NCBI GenBank assembly: GCA_002867475.1
Contig: PKTL01000049.1
Span: 22,626-86,625 of the forward strand
Reading direction: 5' to 3'
DNA: 64,000 bases
DNA from: Candidatus Woesearchaeota archaeon
GTDB taxonomy: Archaea > Nanobdellota > Nanobdellia > Woesearchaeales > BM511
Position numbers and translations under genes: made by a program. Below the pieces are notes generated by a model. It did no database searches. It was given only the letters and a program-made list of their open reading frames with translations, and was not told where the DNA came from. Below, in pieces: positions 28,981 to 38,449 of the stretch. The number at the start of each line of letters is the position of its first letter. Within the stretch, counting starts at the first letter, position 1.

Positions 28981-29168
28981 AAAACCCTCCTCGGTCTTAT
29001 CTATCCTCTTAAAACTAGGACGTATCTAGTTTTTGAGAATAAGTATAAGGAAATGGATAAATGTTTTATTTATAAATGTTGTGGTACTTGTAATTTGATT
29101 TATAATATTTTTATCTCAATTTTTTTTGAGATTTCAATTTAAATATAAATGGTGATTATTTCTTTCAT

Positions 29169-29549
29169 ATGGGATTAAAAGAAGAATTAGCTCATTTTAG
29201 TATAAGAGCAATATGTTTTGGTATAATAGGATGGACTGCTTTGAATGGATATCATACCTACAAGATGAATACTGTTATTGAAAGAGCTAAAATGGTTCAA
29301 GAGATGTATGCTGATACTGATGGTAATGGGTGCATGTCTGGTCTAGAATATGAAGCTTTCCACAAAGAATTATATTGGGATAGGGGTGCTAAAAGTAAGC
29401 TTTTAAGAGTGCCTAAATATTTCACTACAGATAATGAGCTTGATCCATGGACATGGAATAAATGGCTTGATGATTACGAAAGAAAAAAATTCAAAGAAAT
29501 CTATTTAAATAGTATAGATGCTAAATGTGGTGAAAATGAAAGAGAATAA
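29169..29549 (+). CDS. membrane-anchored protein with one EF-hand-like loop
   Basis: N-terminal TM 'ICFGIIGWTALNGY', then 'DTDGNGCMSGLE', which fits the 12-residue EF-hand loop (D1, D3, N5, G6, hydrophobic 8, E12). Confidence 0.5.
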   Translation: MGLKEELAHFSIRAICFGIIGWTALNGYHTYKMNTVIERAKMVQEMYADTDGNGCMSGLEYEAFHKELYWDRGAKSKLLRVPKYFTTDNELDPWTWNKWLDDYERKKFKEIYLNSIDAKCGENERE

Positions 29550-30243
29550 TATCGAAAAGGATATCCTAAAAAAATTTATGTATAATAATAAATTAAGATA
29601 TAATGAGATTTGGAATAAGGATGTGCCAAGCAATAAGTTTGATTATCATCTTAAAAAAATAATCGGTAAAGATTATATAAAAAAGGTTGGAGAATATTAT
29701 GAGCTTACAAGTTCAGGGATGCATCATATAAGTCATCTTGATGGGGAAAAGATAGAGAATAAGAAAAAACCTATTGTTTGCTCATTTGTTATGGGTGTAG
29801 ATGATAAAGGGAAATGTCTTTTTAATCTAAGAAAAAAACAACCTTTTATTGATACATTAGGTCTTCCAGGGGGAAAGATAGATGTTGGAAACTCAACAGT
29901 GGAACAGGCAGAAATAGAGTTCTTAGAAGAAACAGGTCTTAAAGGAGAATTGAAGCTTAAGCTTATAACAAATTATATTACTATTGATGAAAATACAAAT
30001 GAAGTGAGTCATCAGATGGTTGGGTTCTTCTATATTGCAACAAAACTCATCGGCGAACTTATCGAGTTGACAAGAGAAGGGAAAAATATTTTTTTGACAT
30101 TGGAACAAGCAAAGAACTATAAACGGTATCCTGATTTTGAGATGTTTACAAGTGAACTTCTAAAAGAAGAAGAAACTCTCAAGTTTGTAGAAGCAAAAAG
30201 ATATATCAAAGATGGAAAATTCACTAAGATAGAATATCTTTAA
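29536..30243 (+). CDS. winged-helix / Nudix hydrolase fusion protein
   Basis: Nudix box 'GLPGGKIDVGNSTVEQAEIEFLEETGL' preceded by a wHTH-like N-terminal domain. GGTGAAA lies before the ATG at 29536. Confidence 0.8.
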   Translation: MKENNIEKDILKKFMYNNKLRYNEIWNKDVPSNKFDYHLKKIIGKDYIKKVGEYYELTSSGMHHISHLDGEKIENKKKPIVCSFVMGVDDKGKCLFNLRKKQPFIDTLGLPGGKIDVGNSTVEQAEIEFLEETGLKGELKLKLITNYITIDENTNEVSHQMVGFFYIATKLIGELIELTREGKNIFLTLEQAKNYKRYPDFEMFTSELLKEEETLKFVEAKRYIKDGKFTKIEYL

Positions 30244-30763
30244 TTTTATCCAATATTTTTTCTATGATTTGGTTAATATCAAGATTTGTGGTATCAATAA
30301 CAAGATTATATTTTTTCATATCAAGAAAATCAAATCCATAAAGATCTAGGAATCTTGTTCGATTCACTTTTTCTCTATTTATCATGCTTTTTTTGGCTTC
30401 TTCTTCGCTTTCAAACTCTTCCTCATCTCTTTTTTCCTGGCTTATCCTTCGCTTAACTGCTTCATTGATGTCAACTTCCAAGAAAACCTTGAACGCAGGA
30501 GGTATGAAAAGAGCACCAAGACGGCTATCAACAACAGCATTATCCCTTTTGCCGATTTGTTTTTGCTTATCATCGATCATATCATCATATTTTCTATCTT
30601 CTTTCTCTAGTTCACCAAGTTTTTCAATAGTTACACCAAGTTCTTTTGCAAGTTCTCTTTGAAGATCACCCATTGAATGGTGTGTGTATCCAAGTTTTTT
30701 AGCGACTTCTTTTGCTATAGTGCTTTTTCCGCTTCCAGCTTTACCACTAATAGTTATTATCAT
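30224..30763 (-). CDS. cmk: cytidylate kinase (archaeal type) / P-loop NMP kinase
   Basis: 'IITISGKAGSGKSTIAKEVAKKLGY' P-loop followed by an NMP-binding-like region. Confidence 0.75.
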   Translation of the reverse strand: MIITISGKAGSGKSTIAKEVAKKLGYTHHSMGDLQRELAKELGVTIEKLGELEKEDRKYDDMIDDKQKQIGKRDNAVVDSRLGALFIPPAFKVFLEVDINEAVKRRISQEKRDEEEFESEEEAKKSMINREKVNRTRFLDLYGFDFLDMKKYNLVIDTTNLDINQIIEKILDKIKDILS

Positions 30764-30838
30764 AATATAAGGACTCAATAATAAGTATTAATAAACTTTT
30801 TCAAAACATTTTTAAAAAGGTAAATCCTTAAAACTTTT

Positions 30839-31129
30839 ATGTTCAAAAAGGATAAAAAGAAAAAATTGCATAAAAGGCATCCTCAGCATGAGCATTTCGA
30901 GGACCAGATAGCAAAAGATGTTCATTTTGCTGCTCATACTCAGCATAGGAGATTGAATCACCAAGCAATATATCATATATTTACTTTTATTGCAGTTTTT
31001 GTAACTTGGATTTTTGCAACGATTTGGGCACCAACAATACCTGTAAGATACTTTTCTATAATAATCGGATTCACAATATTGATATTTTTAGGTTCTCATA
31101 TATCAAAACAGGATTTTATCCATAAATGA
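30839..31129 (+). CDS. His-rich small membrane protein
   Basis: 96 aa. The N-terminal roughly 45 aa carries about 10 His ('HKRHPQHEHFEDQIAKDVHFAAHTQHRRLNHQAIYH'), followed by two TM helices. Confidence 0.5.
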   Translation: MFKKDKKKKLHKRHPQHEHFEDQIAKDVHFAAHTQHRRLNHQAIYHIFTFIAVFVTWIFATIWAPTIPVRYFSIIIGFTILIFLGSHISKQDFIHK

Positions 31130-31504
31130 TTAACTTATCAGTTTCTTAAGTTCAAATTTCGCTTTTTCTTTGTCATAATCTAGGGGTATGGCAAAGATCT
31201 TTACTTTTCCAAGATTTCCAAGCTCATCAAGAAGTTTTAAGAAGAATTGAAGGTCAAAATCATGAAGGGATAGCATTTCATTAGAAGAAAGAAAACTTGT
31301 ATCTTCAACCACTTCAACCTTACTGATTCCTTTAGCAACATCCAATATGAATAGATCTCCAGAATAATCCATCAAGAAATCAGGACTATAGGCTTTTACA
31401 AATTCAAAACCCTTAATCTTAAGCTCATCTGCAAGTTCTATCGCAAGAGAATCTTCCTTGATGTAAGGATTCCCAAAGCAGAATATCTTCTGAGTTTTAC
31501 TCAT
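31130..31504 (-). CDS. hydrogenase maturation endopeptidase-like protein
   Basis: 'IFCFGNPYIKEDSLAIELADEL' resembles the GNxxxxDDxxG N-terminus of HycI/HyaD-type proteases. Its start overlaps the hypA stop. The match is divergent. Confidence 0.5.
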   Translation of the reverse strand: MSKTQKIFCFGNPYIKEDSLAIELADELKIKGFEFVKAYSPDFLMDYSGDLFILDVAKGISKVEVVEDTSFLSSNEMLSLHDFDLQFFLKLLDELGNLGKVKIFAIPLDYDKEKAKFELKKLIS

Positions 31505-31826
31505 CTTTCAAGGTTATATCAACAAGTGCAATTTCTTCACCGCTAAGAATCTTTGGCATAAGTTTTCCACATGATCTACATTTGAAAACATTATGATCAT
31601 GACCTTTCTCAACAATTTTAGGTTCGCCGATCTCACCACAATCACACTCAACAGTGGCTTTATAATTAAGGATGCTTATATTCCAATCGGTCATGGATAC
31701 AAGAATATTTCTCATATCATCTGCTGGGACGTGCGCTAAGTCTCCAACACTTACGGTGATTCCTTCAACTTTTCCATGTTTTGACGCTTCGTCAATAATC
31801 TGTTTAGCGAATATTTGTTCATGCAT
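31497..31826 (-). CDS. hypA: hydrogenase nickel-insertion protein HypA
   Basis: N-terminal 'MHE' Ni-binding motif and two Cys pairs ('CDCG', 'CRSCG') forming the zinc site. 109 aa. Confidence 0.85.
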   Translation of the reverse strand: MHEQIFAKQIIDEASKHGKVEGITVSVGDLAHVPADDMRNILVSMTDWNISILNYKATVECDCGEIGEPKIVEKGHDHNVFKCRSCGKLMPKILSGEEIALVDITLKDE

Positions 31827-31861
31827 TGTAATAATTAATATAAATCACTAATTAATAAATG

Positions 31862-32308
31862 TTAACTTTTCCATATCAATTTTCTAAAGGTTTTCATGTA
31901 GTTCAGTATAAAACTAAATGCGATAAAACCTCCAATTATTGCAAAGATTATATCAAAGAATCCATCCCAAAAAAATATGTCTTTAAGATGTGGTGGGTTT
32001 GGAACAATCATTTCTTCTAAAGTTTCCATTATCTCCCAGATAATGCTACTTGCAACAACAAAGAAGAATGCGAGTTTATGCTTATGCTTATCTTTTAGCA
32101 CGGTTCCAATCCAGAAAGCAACAAAGAAAAGAGAGATTCCTGCTAAAAGATGGGTGAATATATCAATATAAGGAAATATCCTATACCAATCTCGTATTCT
32201 ACTAATTAATTCAATACTTAAAAAAATTATTATGCTTATGCTAGCTAGGATGAATGTTTCAAAACCTGGGTGTATGTGTATTTTCCCTTTGTGTTTAATT
32301 GTTTCCAT
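31862..32308 (-). CDS. hypothetical integral membrane protein
   Basis: 148 aa with about 4 predicted TM helices. No family motif recognised. Confidence 0.5.
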   Translation of the reverse strand: METIKHKGKIHIHPGFETFILASISIIIFLSIELISRIRDWYRIFPYIDIFTHLLAGISLFFVAFWIGTVLKDKHKHKLAFFFVVASSIIWEIMETLEEMIVPNPPHLKDIFFWDGFFDIIFAIIGGFIAFSFILNYMKTFRKLIWKS

Positions 32309-32446
32309 ATATCATATTAGGGAATTAGAATATTTAAATAAAATGTTTAATAGATTATTTTTCTTATCGATTTTCAATTTAAAAAATATTGTTCGTATGT
32401 TAACCAAACAAAAGATTTATAAAGATGGTTCGTATACTAACTATTT

Positions 32447-32959
32447 ATGTTGAAGAAATTTTTCAAATGCAATTGTGGAAAAAATGATGGGGAGAATCTA
32501 ATCCAATCAATTCTAAAAAATAAAGAACTACCTATAGAAATAAAATTATTCAAATTATTGAAAAGAGATGTTGATTTATTGATGGAATTGAAGAATAAAA
32601 AAGAAAACAAATTTGGTGTTACTGAACCTCAAATGAATGTTCTTTGGGTTTTAAAGATGGATGATGAAAAATTCACACAAGCAGACCTTTCAAAAAAATT
32701 AAACAGTTCAAAAGCAAATATGTCAACTTTAATTGATAGAATGGAAAAACAAGATTTGATAGAAAGAGTTCCAGATCCTAATAATAAAAAAGTCAATAAT
32801 ATAATTCTAACAAAAATTGGTGAAAAAAAAATTGAAGAAATGTTTCCAAGTGCTTTGAAAACAGCAAAAAATATATTTAGAAATTTTACTAAAGAAGAAA
32901 AAGAAACATTACTTTTACTTCTTGATAAATTAAGAGGGAACTTAAATGAAAATTTATGA
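32447..32959 (+). CDS. MarR-family transcriptional regulator
   Basis: 'QADLSKKLNSSKANMSTLIDRMEKQDLIERVPDPNNKKVNNIILTKIGE' is a wHTH with the MarR wing. Overlaps the next gene. Confidence 0.75.
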   Translation: MLKKFFKCNCGKNDGENLIQSILKNKELPIEIKLFKLLKRDVDLLMELKNKKENKFGVTEPQMNVLWVLKMDDEKFTQADLSKKLNSSKANMSTLIDRMEKQDLIERVPDPNNKKVNNIILTKIGEKKIEEMFPSALKTAKNIFRNFTKEEKETLLLLLDKLRGNLNENL

Positions 32960-34109
32960 TAAGTTAGCTGATGTTCAATACAAGTATCCTGGAAGAATAA
33001 TTATTTTTACAATTTTATTTACTTTACTAATGCTTGTTGGAGTATCAAAAATTTATATGGAATCAGATATAACTAATGAATTCCCTCAAGATTTAGAAGT
33101 TTTCAAGATACAAGATGAAATAAATAATCTTTATGGTGTTGGAGATTCAGTATTAGTCACATTAAGACTTGATCCTGATTACAATGCTAAGGATAGAATA
33201 TATGATATCCGAGATCCTTATGTAATACAATCAATAATGCTTTTAGAAAGTGTATTGAATGATAACAGCGCAGTTGACAGCGTGTCAAGCGTAGCACAAT
33301 TCTTCTATGATCAACCTTATATTATCTCTCTTGAACAGACAAAAGGGATAATTCAAGCAAAGCCAGCAAGTCAAACATTCTTCAACAAAGATTATACTTC
33401 AACTTTGATGGTGATAAGTGCAAGTATCGGAACAGACCAACAAAAAATTCGAAAAATGATCGATGAGCTTGAAGATAATAAAGAAGAAACATTCATTCCA
33501 CCAGGTGTAGACGTAACAGTCACTGGAACACCTTTCATAACAAATCTAATACTTACATTAATGCAAAAAGACGCGATATTTACAACTTCCTTGGCAGCAT
33601 TCATAATACTATTGTTACTAATAACACTTCAAAGAAGTTTAACCAAGGGATTACTTATTTTTATCCCCCTAACTCTTGGTTTAACATGGACACTAGGAAC
33701 ACTAGGATGGCTAGATATACCAATAAGTGTTGCAACAGTCGGAGTTGGCGCAATGATACTTGGCCTTGGAGTAGAATATGGAGTCTTTGTAGTAAGCAGA
33801 TATAATGAAGAAAGATTAAACCATAAATCTTCAGAAGCACTAAATATAACAGTTAATGAAGTTGGAGGAAGTATTTCAGGATCAGGAATGACAACAATAG
33901 TTGGATTTATGGCATTGACTTTTTCAATAATGCCAATGATGCAACATTTAGGTCAAAGTCTAGCTCTAGGAATATTCTATTCGCTTCTTGCAGCATTAGT
34001 CGTTAATCCTGCATTAATAGTTTTTGAAGAAAATTTTGAACGAAAAAACCTTGCAAGATGGGAAAAATCACTTCATAAAAGAAGAATGAAAATAGGTTCA
34101 AAAAAATGA
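32946..34109 (+). CDS. RND/MMPL-superfamily exporter, half-size subunit 1
   Basis: TM1, a large extracytoplasmic loop, then a 5-TM bundle ('GVGAMILGLGVEYGVFVVSRY'). ATGA overlap with the next gene. Confidence 0.75.
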   Translation: MKIYDKLADVQYKYPGRIIIFTILFTLLMLVGVSKIYMESDITNEFPQDLEVFKIQDEINNLYGVGDSVLVTLRLDPDYNAKDRIYDIRDPYVIQSIMLLESVLNDNSAVDSVSSVAQFFYDQPYIISLEQTKGIIQAKPASQTFFNKDYTSTLMVISASIGTDQQKIRKMIDELEDNKEETFIPPGVDVTVTGTPFITNLILTLMQKDAIFTTSLAAFIILLLLITLQRSLTKGLLIFIPLTLGLTWTLGTLGWLDIPISVATVGVGAMILGLGVEYGVFVVSRYNEERLNHKSSEALNITVNEVGGSISGSGMTTIVGFMALTFSIMPMMQHLGQSLALGIFYSLLAALVVNPALIVFEENFERKNLARWEKSLHKRRMKIGSKK

Positions 34110-35263
34110 ACATAATAAAAAAATATTCAAATTTTGTATCAAGACACCCTTTTTTAATAGTGTTAGGTGTCGTATTATTTACAATTTTTATGCTTGCACA
34201 ATTTGGAAATATGCGTTTTGAGAATCAAGATAATAGTGATATGCTTCCCAGTGGAAACGCTATCATTGATTAGTTTGAATACATAAACAACCAATTTGCA
34301 GGAACAGAAACAGTCCAAATCTTGATAAAACTTGAACCCTCAGTTATGACAAGCACACAACCAAGGGATATAAGAAGTTATGAAATCATAAATTATTTAG
34401 ATCTTGTCGGGAAAAAAATAGAACTCCTTGAAGATGTGAGAAGTGTTGATTCGCCAGCAACCCTGATTAGTTCAATGAACAACAACACGATTCCTCAAAG
34501 TGATAGAGAAATAAAAAAATTAAGTGCTGGATTGACAGGATATGTAATAAGTGATGATTATAACAGTGCATTATTAAGAATAAGTCTTGAAGGAGACGTT
34601 GATGCACATGAGCTTGAAAGGGAATTGAGAGAAATAATTGAGACAACACCAAAACCAAGCAAAGTAGAACTTTTTATGTCAGGACAAGTCATTCAAGATG
34701 TGGTGATGGAAGGCCTATTTCAATCAGACATGGGAAAAACTGGTAATTTAGCGTTACTAGGAATATTTATAGTTATACTATTCATATTTAGAAGTCTAAA
34801 ATATGGGTTGACGCCACTTACAACAATAATATTTGCAAATATATGGAGTATGGGATTTTTAGGATTGATAGATATGCCAATAACAAGTGTGATGACAGGA
34901 GTATCAAGTATGATAATGGGGATTGGGATAGACTTTGGAATCCAAGTAGTATATCGTTTCAGATACGAGATGAAAGACAAGAATCCTGAAGAAGCAATGG
35001 CATACACACTTTCAAACGTTATAGTTCCAATGAGTACAACCACAATCGCAGCATTAATTGGTTTTAGAGCTATGAGTCTTGGAGAATTAACAATGATGTC
35101 AGATATTGGAACAATGATGACTTATGGTGTATTATTTTCAATGGTTGCGGCATTAACATTTGTACCTGCAACATTATTGATAGGTGAAAAATATAGAATA
35201 AGAGATTACGCTAAGAAATTTATAAAAAATAAAAAGAAAACTAAACGAGGTAGTAAAAAATGA
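34106..35263 (+). pseudogene. RND/MMPL-superfamily exporter, half-size subunit 2, with in-frame TAG at 34271..34273
   Basis: ATG 34106 overlaps the upstream stop. It reads 'MNIIKKYSNFVSRHPFLIVLG...SGNAIID*FEYINNQFAGTETVQILIKLEP...' and continues in the same frame as track ORF 34322..35263, which has the same architecture as subunit 1. Confidence 0.72.
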
Positions 35264-36435
35264 AACAAGGAGTAATATTGATGATGTTATTGTTATTATC
35301 ATCAGTGTTTGTAATGGCGGCAGACACGCCAATAATAAAATTAAGCATATCAAAAACAGACCCATTAACAATAAGTAGTGGAGATTATTTTGACCTTTAC
35401 ATAAAAGTGGATAATATTGGTAGTGAAGATGCTAGCGATGTAGAAATAGAATTCATAGATAATTATCCTTTCACTGTTGAGAACGGAAAAATTGAAAGTA
35501 TTGGGATACTTGGAACAAACAAGGATTATATATTTACCTATAAAGTAAGGGTTGATGAAAACGCGATAGAAGGTATTAACACACTAAAACTTAAGCACAC
35601 TACAGATGGAATGATTTATGGTGAAAAAGAGTTCGATGTAACTGTAGAAGATGACAAAGCAAACCTAGTAATTGGAAGTGTTGAAAGTAGTCCTCTAAAC
35701 TTAATTGCTGACATTGATGATGCTGAAATAACTGTAAATATCCAAAACGTTGGTGAATCAAAAGCAAAACTTGTAAGTGCTCAAATAATATTACCTGAAG
35801 GTATGGAAAGTTCAAGCAGTTTTAGCGATCAAGATACTATAGCTAGCATTGATGCTGAAGATTCACAAGATGCAACTTTTCATATCGATATAGACAAATC
35901 AGTTGCTGAAGGTGTTTATACAGGTAAACTGATCTTAAAATATAAGGAAGACAAGGAAGATGAATATGTCACAAAAGAATTAGACTTGAGGCTTCCAGTT
36001 AAAGCAACACCTATTTTTGATATTGAATCAGTTGAATATGATAAGGAAATCTTGAAACAAGGAGATTTAGTTTCAATGATAGTGTCTATCAAGAATGTTG
36101 GTGGTGAAGATGCTGAATCAGTTTCATTAAGAGCATTTCAAAGCGTTGGATTGCCAATCGAGTTTGATGAAAAATCAAGTTTTATAGGAACAATCAAAAG
36201 TGGAGAAGTCGGACAAGCAAGCCTAAAATTTACAATCGATGATGATGCAACACCAAAAGACTATCTTTTAGATCTTGAAATAAGGGCAGTTGCAAGCGAT
36301 GAGGTTTTAGTGTTTGACAAGACAACAAATTTTTCGATTCAAGAAGGAAATAAGGGAAACACTACTAATATAATTGTTGCATTAATAATAATTGCTGCAA
36401 TAGTTTTAGGAATATATTTCTTCAAGAAAAAGTAA
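35260..36435 (+). CDS. CARDB/S-layer-domain-like surface protein with C-terminal TM anchor
   Basis: Signal peptide, three repeats of the 'N(I/V)G(S/G)E(D/S)A..V...' beta-sandwich motif, and the C-terminal TM 'IIVALIIIAAIVLGIYFF'. ATGA overlap with the exporter gene. Confidence 0.6.
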   Translation: MKQGVILMMLLLLSSVFVMAADTPIIKLSISKTDPLTISSGDYFDLYIKVDNIGSEDASDVEIEFIDNYPFTVENGKIESIGILGTNKDYIFTYKVRVDENAIEGINTLKLKHTTDGMIYGEKEFDVTVEDDKANLVIGSVESSPLNLIADIDDAEITVNIQNVGESKAKLVSAQIILPEGMESSSSFSDQDTIASIDAEDSQDATFHIDIDKSVAEGVYTGKLILKYKEDKEDEYVTKELDLRLPVKATPIFDIESVEYDKEILKQGDLVSMIVSIKNVGGEDAESVSLRAFQSVGLPIEFDEKSSFIGTIKSGEVGQASLKFTIDDDATPKDYLLDLEIRAVASDEVLVFDKTTNFSIQEGNKGNTTNIIVALIIIAAIVLGIYFFKKK

Positions 36436-36453
36436 GAAAATAATATTGAAAGC

Positions 36454-36993
36454 TTAATTGCTTTCAATTCTTAATTTTATTTGGTCACCGATAACTTCAA
36501 CAATTTTTATACTAAGACCTTCTTCATTATTAATTTCTTCACTATTTTTACAGATGCAGTTTTCGCAATATTTTTCAAAACCGCAAATCTCATCAGTTAC
36601 GCATTCTTCACCAATATTAAAATCAATTATGGTATCATCACAAAATTCCTTTGAAGTTTCTTGATTTTCATTATTTGCTGAGTTCTGGTTTCCTGTTTCT
36701 TCATTATTCTCATCATTGTCTCCATCATCATTATCATCTTCTGTTGAGGCTTGGTTTTGCATATTTTGATTATCTGTTTCTGTATTTTCTTCACTAGATG
36801 CATCTTCATCAGGTGTGTTTACACATTTTTTCCAAAACCAGTACCCTGTCAAATGGCATTCATTCGAAGTATCGCATTCATTAAAACCAAGATCAGTACA
36901 ATCTCTATCTTCAGTGTTTCCTGCATACAATGCACCAAAAGCACTATAGACTAAAAAAATACTTATGGTAAAAAATATGATCTTATTTTTCAT
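36454..36993 (-). CDS. secreted Cys-rich, highly acidic low-complexity protein
   Basis: Signal peptide, then 'CTDLGFNECDTSNECHLTGYWFWKKCVN', then a D/E/N-rich tract and a second Cys cluster. Confidence 0.55.
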   Translation of the reverse strand: MKNKIIFFTISIFLVYSAFGALYAGNTEDRDCTDLGFNECDTSNECHLTGYWFWKKCVNTPDEDASSEENTETDNQNMQNQASTEDDNDDGDNDENNEETGNQNSANNENQETSKEFCDDTIIDFNIGEECVTDEICGFEKYCENCICKNSEEINNEEGLSIKIVEVIGDQIKLRIESN

Positions 36994-37002
36994 ATTTACA
37001 CC

Positions 37003-38085
37003 TCACGCATTGACACATTTGTCAAATCTTTTCCAAATCCAACCTTTATAATCAGGTTTGCAACCACTTGTTGATTTGCATGTTGATTCACTGGTTATAG
37101 AACTGCACGTAGTTGAAGTTGTACCTGTTGTAGTGGTGGTTTGTTCAGCATTGACTTCTCCGCTAAACAATTGTATTGACACTTCATTGCCATCAACTGA
37201 TAATATCTTAAATGTCTGTCCGATATCTATAATAAAATCCTCACCAATAGTTACAGTGATTATTTCTTGACTAGAACTTACTTCTCCATTACAAGCTCCA
37301 TTCTCGCAACCATTTTCACATACTTTCTCTTTTGAAGCTATATAACGTCCTGTACAAGAGTAATCAGTTAAAGTATTTCCACTGCAAGTGTCTGTTTTTG
37401 TTATCATGACTTGTGGTTCTTCTTCATTAAATCCCTTAGTAATTTTCCCTTCTTCTTTGCATCCAACATTATAATATTGAATATAATGACTACTAACATC
37501 TGCTTTGACACATTTATTTAATGTTGCATCCCAATAAAGATGACTATTTTCTAAGCATTGTTCCTTATTATTGTCTGGAATACACTCATTAGTTGTTTCG
37601 CTGCAGCTAAAATCACATTTTTCGCCTCCTGCTGCTGCATTTCCTGTCCAAGAATAACCAGTATCACCATAAAAATTATCAAATTGTGAAAAACAAGTAA
37701 GAACCATATTAGCCTCACATTTTAATTCACCAGGTGTTGTACATTCTTTTTTTGCAACACATCTATCAGTTTCACTATCACATTGCCCATTAAAAATATC
37801 TCCTTTTGGACATACAACTGTTTTAGAATAATAAGTTTCACCTGAAAAATCATGTGTTTCATAATTTCCATCACTAAATGGATCACATGAATACATTATA
37901 AAAGTATTATCATCAACGCACCTATCATAAAAGGTAGAACCTTCTTGATTTTCTGGTATAGAAACATATATCTGGCCATGTCCGTCTAGTGGGTCTTGGT
38001 AATTTTCTCTTCTTACTTCACAATCTGCATTTACTAATCCTGTTAAAAAAATAAGCAGTATTGAAATCATAATCATTTTTTTCAT
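37003..38085 (-). CDS. secreted Cys-rich protein
   Basis: AGGTGAT Shine-Dalgarno lies 7 nt before the ATG at 38085, giving the signal peptide 'MKKMIMISILLIFLTGLVNA'. About 30 Cys; C-terminal 'CKSTSGCKPDYKGWIWKRFDKCVNA'. The track ORF extension to 38274 overlaps hypC and is rejected. Confidence 0.6.
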   Translation of the reverse strand: MKKMIMISILLIFLTGLVNADCEVRRENYQDPLDGHGQIYVSIPENQEGSTFYDRCVDDNTFIMYSCDPFSDGNYETHDFSGETYYSKTVVCPKGDIFNGQCDSETDRCVAKKECTTPGELKCEANMVLTCFSQFDNFYGDTGYSWTGNAAAGGEKCDFSCSETTNECIPDNNKEQCLENSHLYWDATLNKCVKADVSSHYIQYYNVGCKEEGKITKGFNEEEPQVMITKTDTCSGNTLTDYSCTGRYIASKEKVCENGCENGACNGEVSSSQEIITVTIGEDFIIDIGQTFKILSVDGNEVSIQLFSGEVNAEQTTTTTGTTSTTCSSITSESTCKSTSGCKPDYKGWIWKRFDKCVNA

Positions 38086-38221
38086 ATTAATTATCACCTT
38101 GTTTTTTTTCTCAATTAAAATAATTTGAAAATATGTAAAATTGAGATTTAGACGTATATAAATATTTCTATGGTATTTTTTTAGATAAAGCTTAAAAATA
38201 AGTCTTCTATTTTTTTTGTTT

Positions 38222-38449
38222 ATGTGTTTAGCAATACCTGCAAAGATTCTAGAGATAAATGGTGATGATGCCAAAGTAGATTATGGTGGAATCATCAAAA
38301 CAATAAATATAAGTCTTGTCGAAGTAAAAATGGGCGATTATATTCTTATTCATGCAGGTTTTGCAATTCAAACAATCAATAAAGATGAAGCAGTGAAAAC
38401 ACTTGAAACACTGCAAGAATTTGAAGATGTCATTAAAAAAAATAAATGA
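38222..38449 (+). CDS. hypC: hydrogenase assembly chaperone HypC
   Basis: Canonical N-terminus 'MCLAIPAKI' (the Cys2 motif). About 75 aa. Confidence 0.9.
   Translation: MCLAIPAKILEINGDDAKVDYGGIIKTINISLVEVKMGDYILIHAGFAIQTINKDEAVKTLETLQEFEDVIKKNK

Noticed and set aside
29010-29032. The AAAACTAG-gacgtat-CTAGTTTT hairpin (and ATCTCA-T8-TGAGAT at about 29115-29134) as terminators.
   Set aside because: They lie in a divergent promoter region with no upstream gene reading into them on either strand. They are possibly operators, but the evidence is too thin to report as features.
34106-34145. Apparent extra frameshift near 34140 in the second exporter gene.
   Set aside because: This was my own indexing slip. 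Re-counting against the track coordinates (stop of the upstream ORF at 34107-34109) shows that ATG 34106 is in the same frame as 34322..35263. TAG 34271 is the only lesion.
5007-34273. Genetic-code reassignment or pyrrolysine as the explanation for in-frame TAA/TAG/TGA.
   Set aside because: All three codons terminate well-defined genes in this same window at expected protein lengths. No pyl genes or suppressor tRNA are visible. The TAG lies in a non-conserved loop of a transporter, not in a methyltransferase-type context.
38086-38274. N-terminal extension of track ORF 37003..38274 ('MASSPFISRIF...').
   Set aside because: It overlaps hypC on the opposite strand. The internal ATG at 38085 has an AGGTGAT Shine-Dalgarno and yields a clean signal peptide, so the extension is spurious.
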